DNA of 24,000 bases, from contig ALAO01000066.1 in assembly GCA_000307955.1 (NCBI GenBank), positions 3,935-27,934 on the forward strand. Reading direction: 5' to 3'. The stretch's first letter is position 1. Each line of letters starts with the position of its first letter. This DNA is from Solidesulfovibrio magneticus str. Maddingley MBC34. Lineage in GTDB: Bacteria > Desulfobacterota > Desulfovibrionia > Desulfovibrionales > Desulfovibrionaceae. Below the pieces are notes generated by a model that had not been told where the DNA came from, made no database searches, and was given only the letters and a program-made list of their open reading frames with translations. Positions 7,816 through 15,206 of this stretch are shown here, piece after piece. The translations under genes were made by a program, and so were the position numbers.

Positions 7816-7838
7816 ATGCCAATGGGTGAATCAATCGT
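7816..7838 (+). repeat. Partial fourth copy of the att-like repeat left arm
   Basis: atgccaatgggt is identical to 6370-6381. The following ..a..atcg loosely matches ttaccgagaaatcg. Confidence 0.45.
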
Positions 7839-7985
7839 CGGAGAGTCTTCCTCGCAGTAGAGCACTTGAAGGCCAGTAAGTAATATAACTTGGCAAGCTG
7901 CATGTGTAGCAAACACAAGCTCTACGTTCATAGTCGAGGCGCAATCGTCAACCCATAAGTCTTTTTTCAGCAGCATAAATTTACT

Positions 7986-8020
7986 GGCCCCGGCTTGTGC
8001 AGTCGGGGCCTTTCTTTGTT
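7986..8020 (+). terminator. Rho-independent terminator
   Basis: Stem ggccccggct / agtcggggcc (10 bp including one G-U), loop tgtgc, then tttctttgtt. Confidence 0.65.
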
Positions 8021-8040
8021 GCGTTGGGTGGGCTGAAGGA

Positions 8041-8280
8041 ATGCTTGGTTCGCTCTCGGATGAACTTGTGGACACTTCGGGTACGTCGGTCTCGCAGGAT
8101 CGCAAGACGCTCCGTTGCGTCAAGAAAAGTTTTAATTCCGGCGGTTATGCGCAATTTTGGCGGCAATCAGCTCTGAAATCGAGTTCAAGAGCCGCGCCGG
8201 CCATGGTCAGCCCGGGGGTATCCCGTGTCCCCGGCGGCACGCTTCCCCTGGTCCCTGGGATTCGCGCGGCAGGGGGCCTC
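8041..8280 (+). mobile_element. Decayed ISL3-family transposase N-terminal remnant (copy A)
   Basis: 8208-8276 (cagcccgggggtatcccgtgtccccggcggcacgcttcccctggtccctgggattcgcgcggcaggggg) is ~80 percent identical by eye to 19177-19246, including an exact 15-mer gggattcgcgcggca. The upstream translation MLGSLSDELVDTSGTSV loosely parallels ILGLSDPWFVADVVLDTAGGRV of copy B. Confidence 0.4.
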
Positions 8281-8650
8281 TCTAGCTGTTGTTGGGTCCC
8301 TCTTGCCTAGCGTTTCTTAGGATGATTTGCTATCGGTCTGCAGTCGTATTTGGGCAGGAGCGCACCATTTTCTTCCGACTGTTTTCTTATAGAATCTCCG
8401 GAGAAAATTTGTTTTTAGTGCATATTGCCTTGTGGCTGATTATCGGAGCAGTGTCTGTAGGGGTGTCTGTACAATGTCGCTCCCACGAAAAGAGAGCCAG
8501 GACTTATGGCCTGTGATACATTGCTGTCTATGCGTTTATTGCGGTGGGCTGATCGTTTGAAGTGGTGCAGTCATGGATGGGAGCGCTTTTTGGGAGCGCG
8601 TCGCAGGGTGATGCTGCTTACTCGCAGTGTAAAACAACGGAGGATCTGTT

Positions 8651-9460
8651 GTGGAAACGCTTCAAGATTCTGGGGTTGAAAACTTTGACAGCTGTTTGGC
8701 TGATCGAGTGCTTGAGCAAATACCGACGCCGGTTATGGCTGTAAACAACAACTTTGAAATTATTTTTATGAATGGGGCGGGTCGGGATATCCTGGGTGTC
8801 TCGTTTGAAGCCATAAAAGGGAAGCACTGTTACGAGATGCTCCGTTCCATTCATTGCGGCACGCCTGAATGTTGTATGCGCAAGGCAATGGATAATGGAA
8901 GATCGTTTGTAGCCCGCAATGAATTGTCGATCGATGGCCGTAAGATTCCTATCGAGTACTCGGCGACGCCGCTGAAAGATGACGCCGGAAATATTGTCGG
9001 TGGCCTCGAATACATTCTCGACATTACGGAACGGGTCCAGGCGGAGAAGAAACTTCGAGAGCAAAGCCGGACCATCCAGGAAATATCCACCCCGGCGATC
9101 AGCCTCTGGGAAGGGATTGTTGTGCTGCCCGTGGTCGGCGTCGTGGATTCGATCCGGGCCAAGCAGATGATGAGCGCCATGTTGGCCAAGATCAAGGAAA
9201 CTTCCGCTAAGATCATCATCTTGGACATTCAGGGTGTGGCCGCCGTCGACACGGCCGTTGCCAACCATTTGATAAAGATTACCAAGGCGACAAAGCTCAT
9301 GGGCTGTCGTTGCATTATCTCCGGCATCTCCCCGGCGGTGGCCGAAGCCATTGTGCAGCTTGGCATCGATCTTGGCACGATTGCGACGAACTCCACCTTG
9401 AAAGATGCGCTAAGTGATGCATTCGCCATGTTGCAGTTCGATGTGAAAAAAATCAAATGA
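8651..9460 (+). CDS. RsbR-like stressosome sensor: N-terminal Cys-rich PAS domain plus C-terminal STAS domain
   Basis: 269 aa, GTG start at 8651 with GGAGGA 7 nt upstream. PAS region: PVMAVNNNFEIIFMNGAGRDILG...GKHCYEMLRSIHCGTPECCMRKAM...LEYILDITERV. The linker plus STAS region (EISTPAISLWEGIVVLPVVGVVDSIRAKQMM....IIILDIQGVAAVDTAVANHLIKITKATKLMGCRCIISGISPAVAEAIVQLGIDL) is collinear with Bacillus RsbRA C-terminal domains. Confidence 0.85.
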   Translation: METLQDSGVENFDSCLADRVLEQIPTPVMAVNNNFEIIFMNGAGRDILGVSFEAIKGKHCYEMLRSIHCGTPECCMRKAMDNGRSFVARNELSIDGRKIPIEYSATPLKDDAGNIVGGLEYILDITERVQAEKKLREQSRTIQEISTPAISLWEGIVVLPVVGVVDSIRAKQMMSAMLAKIKETSAKIIILDIQGVAAVDTAVANHLIKITKATKLMGCRCIISGISPAVAEAIVQLGIDLGTIATNSTLKDALSDAFAMLQFDVKKIK

Positions 9461-9531
9461 GTGACGGTGCCACTGGGGTCTTGAGTGGACAATAAAACAT
9501 CTCCTGTGTCCTGCCGTGACAGGCTAAGCAT

Positions 9532-10005
9532 ATGAAGCAACCCCAAGGGCGTCGCACGAGCAGTGCCCTCTACACGATCGATGGCGTCTTGATTGCCCCT
9601 GTTCCGGTGGACTGCGATGATTCCAGTTTGCATCGCCTCAAGGGCAACATTCTGGACACGGTCCATGGCGGTTCTTGTCGCAGTGTGCTGCTCGACGTTT
9701 CCGGACTCGAATGGATGGACCTGTCCATGTACGCCGCCCTGGTCGAGACCGTGCGCCTCGTGGGGCTGCTTGGCGCCCGTTGCGTTTTCACCGGGTTCCA
9801 GCCTGGTGTCGTCTCCGCCTTGATCGACATGGATATTACAGGCGATGCCCTGGAATGCGTGGCCACGATGGAAGAAGGTCTGGCGCTCTTGCGTGGAGAC
9901 CGGCTGGCCCGTGAAGCTGGCGATGACGACCAGAGCGAAGCGCTGGAGAATTTGGATGATGACGCGGCGGAGCTGCCCCAGGGGAGTGCCGGTGTCCAGT
10001 CCTGA
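9532..10005 (+). CDS. RsbS-like single-STAS stressosome scaffold protein with an acidic C-terminal tail
   Basis: 157 aa. ..IDGVLIAPVPVDCDDSSLHRLKGNILDTVHGGSCRSVLLDVSGLEWMDLSMYAALVETVRLVGLLGARCVFTGFQPGVVSALIDMDI.. matches the RsbS pattern (DxS-type phospho-acceptor region, GIQP-like motif). Confidence 0.8.
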   Translation: MKQPQGRRTSSALYTIDGVLIAPVPVDCDDSSLHRLKGNILDTVHGGSCRSVLLDVSGLEWMDLSMYAALVETVRLVGLLGARCVFTGFQPGVVSALIDMDITGDALECVATMEEGLALLRGDRLAREAGDDDQSEALENLDDDAAELPQGSAGVQS

Positions 10006-10405
10006 TCTCCTGCCGGAACAGCGCCTTGATCTTCTGGAGTCGGCCGATAATGCCCTCGCTATCAGCGTTGCGCGGCATTTCGCCCGGGAGATGGGCTTTG
10101 ACGACTCGCAGGAATTTCTCATCGCCACGGCCGTGTCGGAACTGGCCACCAACATTTTGCGCTATGCCGGCAAGGGGCAGATGACCTTCCGGGTCGTTGA
10201 GGCCGGGGGGCGCTTGGGTATGGAAGTGGTGGCGATAGACGGCGGCCCGGGGATCGCGGACATCGAAAAAGCCATGGCGGATCACTACAGCACCGGCGAC
10301 AGCCTGGGACTTGGACTGCCCAGCGTGCGGAGGATCATGGACAGTTTTCAAGTCGAATCACGCCCTGGGCTGACCATCTGCGTTGGGCGGAAGTGGAGGG
10401 AGTAA
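9992..10405 (+). CDS. RsbT-like serine protein kinase (HATPase_c_2 / anti-sigma-factor-type)
   Basis: The preferred start is GTG 9992 (AGGGGA 7 nt upstream), overlapping the rsbS end by 14 nt. In-frame alternatives are 9986 and 9955. Motifs are ..ARHFAREMGFDDSQEFLIATAVSELATNILRYAGKG (N box), AIDGGPGI (G1) and GLGLGLPSVRR (G2). At 137 aa it is similar in size to B. subtilis RsbT. Confidence 0.8.
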   Translation: MSSPDLLPEQRLDLLESADNALAISVARHFAREMGFDDSQEFLIATAVSELATNILRYAGKGQMTFRVVEAGGRLGMEVVAIDGGPGIADIEKAMADHYSTGDSLGLGLPSVRRIMDSFQVESRPGLTICVGRKWRE

Positions 10406-10408
10406 GTC

Positions 10409-10999
10409 ATGCCCAGAGCGGACTGTTGCTGTCTTGTCCGAGGGCTGCCCGATGAATATCCGGCCTGCGGCGATGTTGGCGTCCTCGTTGTCGATACGGA
10501 GGCGGCATTTGTCGCGCTGGTCGATGTGCTGGGCCATGGCCGTGAGGCCGACGCCCTGGCAACGGAAATAGCCGCTTTCTTGCGGGACAAGTCAGGCGGG
10601 GAACTGCCTGAGGTCATGCAGGCGCTTCATGAGCATCTCAAGGGCTCACGGGGAGCTGTCGCGTTTCTGGGACGTCTTGATTTGCCGACGGGGCTGTTTG
10701 CATATGTCGGCATCGGGAATATCAGCGCCAAGGTCTTTGGGCCTCAGCCCGCGCTCCGGTTGGGCTCCAGGGATGGCATCGTCGGGTATATGATGGGCAC
10801 GCCCAAACTGCAGTCCGTACGCATTGCCCCGAGGGACATCGTGCTGCTTTGTTCCGATGGCATCCGCGACAATTTCGATCCCCTGGAGTTCCCCGGGATC
10901 TTCCGGGGCGAAGCCTCGGACATCGCCGAGACGGTGCTCCAGACCCTGGCCAAGGGTAACGACGACGCGTCCTGCCTTGTCCTGAGGTACCTTCGATGA
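10409..10999 (+). CDS. RsbX-like small PP2C/SpoIIE-type feedback phosphatase
   Basis: 196 aa. CGDVGVLVVD....ALVDVLGHGREA (the RsbX-like GD...D.LGHG motif), LLCSDGIRDN, NDDASCLVL. It starts 3 nt after the rsbT stop and ends in an ATGA overlap with the next gene. Confidence 0.75.
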   Translation: MPRADCCCLVRGLPDEYPACGDVGVLVVDTEAAFVALVDVLGHGREADALATEIAAFLRDKSGGELPEVMQALHEHLKGSRGAVAFLGRLDLPTGLFAYVGIGNISAKVFGPQPALRLGSRDGIVGYMMGTPKLQSVRIAPRDIVLLCSDGIRDNFDPLEFPGIFRGEASDIAETVLQTLAKGNDDASCLVLRYLR

Positions 11000-13900
11000 C
11001 GCACCACCTGGGGAGTTTCGCCATTGACGCGGTCGAAACCTTTAACGCTTCCCGCAAGAAAATCTTGCGTCTGGCCCAGGCGTTGGGCTTTGACGCCATC
11101 GACGCCGGTCGGCTGGCTTCGATTTTTTCAGAGATCACCCGGCCCCATTCCGGCGGAGGCAGTGTCCGCGTCGCCCTGTCCTTGGTGGTGGAGAGCCAGG
11201 GCACGGTCCTGGCCTTGCGTTTCCCCCATCCCCTGAGCGGACCCTCCCAGGCGCTGCTCTCCCGGTTTTTCGACGCCTTGGAGCCGATGCCGTCCGAAGG
11301 GGGGCTGGCCGGATTCGAGGCGCGCAAGCGTCTTCCGCCGACCGGCCTGGCCCTGACGGAACCGTTTCTGGACGAGCTGCGTGAACTCCTGTCCACCCCG
11401 TCCCGCGAAGAGTTGCTCCTGGCGCTGAAGCACAAAAACGCCGCCCTGGAACGGGAAGTGGCTGAAAGACGCCTGGCCGAGGAAGCGCTTCGCCGCAGCG
11501 AATCGCGCATACAGGCCGTCCTGGAAGGGACGCCGGACGCCTTGCTCATGGTCGATGCCGACGGCACGATGACGTACGCCAACAGCCAGGCGGAGAAGAC
11601 CTTCGGCTACGGGCGACAGGAATTGCTTGGACAACCCATTGCCATGCTCGTGCCCGAGGCGCAGCGTCCCGGCCATGATGCGCGGGTGCGCCATTTTTTT
11701 GCCGAGGACCGGACGCGAGAAATGGGCATGGCCGCCAACCTGTATGCCCGGACCAAGGACGGGCGGCGGATCGCCATCGACCTCAAGCTCTCCCCGCTGC
11801 ATACCGAAACCGGCCGGCAGGTCATCGCCTCCATTCGGGACATTACCGAGCAGAAGCAGGCCCTGGAATCGATCCGCCAATTGTCGCTTGTGGTGGAGCA
11901 AAGCCCGGCCTCGGTCGTCATCACGGATCGGGCCGGCCGCATCGAATACGTCAACCCGGCGTTTACCCTCGCCACCGGCTATGCCCGCGAAGAAGTGTTG
12001 GGGAGAAACCCCCGGATTCTCAAATCCGGTCAGACGCCCAGCGAGGTCCATGAGGCCTTGTGGAGCACGATCACCGCCGGCAACATCTGGCGCGGCCTGC
12101 TCATCAACCGCCGTAAGGGGGGCGAGAATTTCTGGGAACAGACGGCCATCGCGCCCATCAGCAATCTTGATGGCGTTGTCAGTCATTTCGTGGCCATCAA
12201 GGAAGATATCACGGATCGCATCCGCTACGAGGAAGAGATCAAGCGCCAGCGGACCCTGCTGGATACCCTCATTAACGCCCTGCCCCTGGTGATTTACGCC
12301 AAGGACGCCAACGGGGCGTACCAGGTCGTCAACGACTCGTTGGCCGCCCTGGTCGGCCTGCCTCGTGAGGCTGTGGTCGGGCGTACGGCCTATGACGTGT
12401 TCCCCAAGGCCACGGCCGACGCGATCCACCAGGCCGATGCCCTGGCCCTGAAGTCGGAACAGCCCACCTACGCCGAGGACTGGCGGACCTATCCGGATGG
12501 ACGTCGGGCGATTTTTCATATGACGCGGGTCCCGCTTCGCAACGAAATCGGGCAGGCCATCGGCCTTGTCGGGGCCTTTCTCGACGTCACGGAAAGCAAG
12601 GAAGCCGAAATGGCCATCCGCTGCGCCCAGGCGGAAATGACCCAGATTTTCAATTCCGCAGCTGGCGGGATGCGGGTGATCGACCGGGACGGGACCGTGG
12701 TCAAGGTCAACGACGCCTTTGTCGCCATGACCGGATACTCCCGGGAAACAGTCGTCGGCAAGCGCTGCCATGAGTATTTCGGCAGCCAGGATTGCCACAG
12801 CCGGGCCTGTCCGCTGGCGCGGATTCTTGACGGCAAGGAGCGGCTGGAATTGACGGTGCCCAAAAAGCGCAAGGACGGGACCACCATTTATTGCGACGTC
12901 GGCGTGACCAGGCATCTGTCGCCGGACGGGGAACTCCTCGGCATCATCGAGGACTTCCGAGACGTCACGGCCCGGGTCGAAGCCCAGCGGCGGATACACG
13001 AAAGTGAAGTCAAATACCGGGAGCTGGTCGAACGGGCCAAGAGCATCATCCTGAAACTCGACCTAGACGGAAACATCACCTTTTTTAACGAGTACGCCCA
13101 GGCGTTCTTTGGTTTTGGCGCGCAGGAGATTCTCGGGCGTCCCATCGTCGGCACAATCGTGCCCGAGTCGGAAAGCGGCGGACGCGACCTGCGCCAGATG
13201 ATCCGGGCCATCATCTGCGATCCCGTGGCCTACGAGAGAAACGAGAACGAGAACGTCTGCAAGGACGGCAGCCGCGTCTGGATCAGCTGGACGAATCAGA
13301 TTTCCCTGGACGAAGCCACCGGCGAGCCGTGCGGTCTGCTGTGCATCGGGCTGGACGCCACGGAACGGAAAAAGGCCCAGGACGCCTTGGGCGACGCCAT
13401 GGAGGTGATCTCCGGCAGCATCCGCTACGCCAGCCGTATCCAGCGGGCCATTTTGCCTCAGCCCGAAGACTTCGAGGCGCTGTTCGCCCGCCATTTTGTC
13501 GTCTGGTCCCCCCGGGACGTGGTTGGCGGCGACATCTATTGGCACGCCAAATGGGGCGAGGGGCATGTGTTTGTTCTGGGCGACTGCACCGGACACGGCG
13601 TGCCCGGCGCGTTTATGACGTTGATTGCCGCGGGCGCCCTGTCCCGGGCCATCGGGGAGGTCGCGCCGGGGCGAGCGGGGCAGCTCATGCAACGCGCCCA
13701 TCAGATCATCCAGACCAGTCTCAATCAGCATCTTGACGGCGGCGAATCCGATGACGGCATGGAGCTTGGCATGTGCTATGTCGCGCCCGACCGCCAGAGC
13801 ATGCTGTTCGTTGGCGCGCGGTTCCCATTGTTTCTTGAGGCTGATGGCGACATCATCGAAATCAAGTCGGACAAAAAGGGAATCGGCTACCGGGGCATTG

Positions 13901-14163
13901 CCTATGATCAGGAATATCATGAGCATCTGGTCCCGCTGCGCCCTGGGCTGCGGCTGTATTTGGTCAGCGACGGCCTGTTTGACCAGGTCGGGGGCGAGCG
14001 GCGGCGGGGATTTGGCAAGAACCGCTTCAAGGACTGCCTCAGAGCCATTGCCGGCGAGCCCTTTGACCAGCACGGCGCACGCCTGTTCGCCGCCTTGCAG
14101 GCCTTCCAGGGCGACGAGATTCGGCGGGATGACGTATCCATCATGGGTTTGGAGTGTTGCTGA
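10996..14163 (+). CDS. 1055-aa multi-PAS PP2C (SpoIIE-family) serine phosphatase; RsbU/SiaA-equivalent
   Basis: N-terminal ~135-aa domain of unclear type, then a coiled-coil, then five PAS units by eye (from about aa 165). PAS2 is of the GRNPRILKSGQ..W.G...NRRK.G..FW type. PAS4 has GKRCHEYFGSQDCHSRACP. The C-terminal PP2C carries RYASRIQRAILP, VGGDIYW, VLGDCTGHGVPGAFM, DDGMELG, LVSDGLFDQ and RRDDVSIMGLE. Confidence 0.85.
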   Translation: MTHHLGSFAIDAVETFNASRKKILRLAQALGFDAIDAGRLASIFSEITRPHSGGGSVRVALSLVVESQGTVLALRFPHPLSGPSQALLSRFFDALEPMPSEGGLAGFEARKRLPPTGLALTEPFLDELRELLSTPSREELLLALKHKNAALEREVAERRLAEEALRRSESRIQAVLEGTPDALLMVDADGTMTYANSQAEKTFGYGRQELLGQPIAMLVPEAQRPGHDARVRHFFAEDRTREMGMAANLYARTKDGRRIAIDLKLSPLHTETGRQVIASIRDITEQKQALESIRQLSLVVEQSPASVVITDRAGRIEYVNPAFTLATGYAREEVLGRNPRILKSGQTPSEVHEALWSTITAGNIWRGLLINRRKGGENFWEQTAIAPISNLDGVVSHFVAIKEDITDRIRYEEEIKRQRTLLDTLINALPLVIYAKDANGAYQVVNDSLAALVGLPREAVVGRTAYDVFPKATADAIHQADALALKSEQPTYAEDWRTYPDGRRAIFHMTRVPLRNEIGQAIGLVGAFLDVTESKEAEMAIRCAQAEMTQIFNSAAGGMRVIDRDGTVVKVNDAFVAMTGYSRETVVGKRCHEYFGSQDCHSRACPLARILDGKERLELTVPKKRKDGTTIYCDVGVTRHLSPDGELLGIIEDFRDVTARVEAQRRIHESEVKYRELVERAKSIILKLDLDGNITFFNEYAQAFFGFGAQEILGRPIVGTIVPESESGGRDLRQMIRAIICDPVAYERNENENVCKDGSRVWISWTNQISLDEATGEPCGLLCIGLDATERKKAQDALGDAMEVISGSIRYASRIQRAILPQPEDFEALFARHFVVWSPRDVVGGDIYWHAKWGEGHVFVLGDCTGHGVPGAFMTLIAAGALSRAIGEVAPGRAGQLMQRAHQIIQTSLNQHLDGGESDDGMELGMCYVAPDRQSMLFVGARFPLFLEADGDIIEIKSDKKGIGYRGIAYDQEYHEHLVPLRPGLRLYLVSDGLFDQVGGERRRGFGKNRFKDCLRAIAGEPFDQHGARLFAALQAFQGDEIRRDDVSIMGLECC

Positions 14164-14258
14164 CGGCGGCTTGAGGAATAGAGGAGAGCGCATTCGATTT
14201 TGCTTCAGCAGCGGAGCCAGCCCAAGATGGCCAATATATCAGGTCGTGAGGAGGAACG

Positions 14259-14804
14259 ATGCTCGCGGAAAATATGCTTCAATTCAGAAATCAGCTTCAA
14301 GCGCACAACATATCTTTTTGCTACAGCGGCTTCATGACAGAAGATCTTCTGGTCGGCATTGGGAATACCATACGCAAGAAGCTTGAGATGTCTGAGCTGG
14401 ACAAGAAGCGGTGCAAGACTGTTTTCTCCGTTTTTGTCGAGCAAATGCAAAATGTCATTCGCTACTCTTCGGAACGTGAAACGCATACCGACAATACCGA
14501 TCTGAGCTTCGGCATCGTCGCTGTCGGCGAGGATGCCGGCCGCGTATTTGTCACCTGCAGCAATGTGGTCGACAACGCCAGCGCCTGCAGCCTCAAGAGC
14601 GTGTTGGGCAAGATAAAGTCCTTGGACAAGGATGGGCTGAAAGCTCTCTGGAAGGAAACGCTGAAAGGCGATTCGCCAGAAGGCAGCAAAGGCGCTGGCG
14701 TAGGGTTTATTGATATCGCCAGAAAAGCAGATGGCGGAATAGAGTATGATTTTGCGCCCATTGATGGCGGGCGCTCCTTTTTTACCATCAAAGCTTTTAT
14801 CTAG
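14259..14804 (+). CDS. SiaB-family protein kinase-like (HATPase-like partner-switch kinase)
   Basis: 181 aa, GAGGAGGA SD. ..ISFCYSGFMTEDLL.....VFVEQMQNVIRYS....IVAVGEDAGRVFVTCSNVV....LKALWKETLKG...SKGAGVGFIDIARKA....GRSFFTIKAFI is collinear, from memory, with P. aeruginosa SiaB (..GAGLGLIDIARKS..). Confidence 0.75.
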   Translation: MLAENMLQFRNQLQAHNISFCYSGFMTEDLLVGIGNTIRKKLEMSELDKKRCKTVFSVFVEQMQNVIRYSSERETHTDNTDLSFGIVAVGEDAGRVFVTCSNVVDNASACSLKSVLGKIKSLDKDGLKALWKETLKGDSPEGSKGAGVGFIDIARKADGGIEYDFAPIDGGRSFFTIKAFI

Positions 14805-14821
14805 AGGGATAGGTTGTACCT

Positions 14822-15202
14822 ATGAGCATCTTGCGTATCGAGTCCACACAGAGAACCCCTGAAGTGATTTTTGATTTTGCTAACAACGTTTTTCATCTTC
14901 GGGGAGAATCCTATCCGGAAGATGTCAAGGAATTTTACGGCCAGCCCATAGGACGCCTTGAGGGGCACTTGGAGGGCCTGACGAACGCCGAGATCCGTTT
15001 TACCTTCGAATTTGTGTATTTCAACAGCAGCACAGCGAAAATACTCATGAATCTTTTTGACATGCTCGAAGAGACAGCGGCGAGAGGCAATACGGTCCTC
15101 GTCGTCTGGGCTTATGAAAAAGATGACGACAACATGGAAGAGCTGGGCGAGGAATTCGGCGAAGAATTGAGCCGGGCAACATTCAGTATGCTTGCAGTGT
15201 AA
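14822..15202 (+). CDS. SiaC-like DUF1987 regulatory phosphoprotein
   Basis: 126 aa. MSILRIESTQRTPEVIFDFANNVFHLRGESYPEDVKEFYGQPI.....FEFVYFNSSTAKILMNLFDMLEE....VVWAYEKDDDNMEELGEEFGEEL matches the DUF1987/SiaC pattern (T..TP.V.FD...G.L.I.G.S.PEN...FY.P...W......L.Y.NTSS.K). The acceptor position aligns to Ser69 (15026-15028). Confidence 0.8.
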   Translation: MSILRIESTQRTPEVIFDFANNVFHLRGESYPEDVKEFYGQPIGRLEGHLEGLTNAEIRFTFEFVYFNSSTAKILMNLFDMLEETAARGNTVLVVWAYEKDDDNMEELGEEFGEELSRATFSMLAV

Positions 15203-15206
15203 AGAC

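Larger units (their letters stand above)
7775..8020 (+). ncRNA. Candidate small RNA / orphan transcription unit (~240 nt) between the promoter and the terminator
   Basis: It is bounded by the 7740-7768 promoter-like element and the 7986-8020 terminator. Plus-strand ORFs inside are at most 18 codons and lack a usable SD. It contains a partial copy of the att-like repeat (atgccaatgggt, 7816-7827). No known RNA family was recognised. Confidence 0.3.

Noticed and set aside
5460-7838. Possibility that the repeated units form a CRISPR array
   Set aside because: There are only three to four copies, and they are strongly diverged. Spacing is irregular (910, ~420, ~1020 nt). The 'spacers' contain genes, and there are no cas genes.
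7782-8123. 113-aa minus-strand ORF (or its 64-codon ATG-7976 version) as a hypothetical protein
   Set aside because: It has no SD at either start, and the long version starts at TTG and runs through a terminator hairpin. No family was recognised. The region is better explained as a plus-strand promoter/terminator unit. It is kept only as an alternative in the sRNA finding.
8289-8516. 75-aa plus-strand ORF upstream of the rsbR-like gene
   Set aside because: It has no SD and no recognisable family, and it begins inside the ISL3-remnant sequence. It is most likely non-coding leader or promoter DNA.
8507-8524. Sigma-54 style promoter (TGGCctgtgatacaTTGC) upstream of the rsbR-like gene
   Set aside because: The GG-to-GC spacing is 15 nt instead of the required 12. 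I could not identify a convincing promoter for the cluster between 8290 and 8650.
8618-14386. Antisense or alternate-frame ORFs over the rsb/PP2C genes (8618..9268, 9229..10155, 9836..10351, 10722..11582, 11128..12999, 13063..14193, 13625..14386)
   Set aside because: Each overlaps a plus-strand gene with strong domain motifs, and their own translations are low-complexity with no recognisable domain.
15192-15206. TTG start at 15192 for the HD-GYP gene (track start)
   Set aside because: It overlaps the siaC-like stop. The ATG at 15207 gives MSFDAY.., matching the MGFDAY.. N-terminus of the paralogous domain in the kinase.
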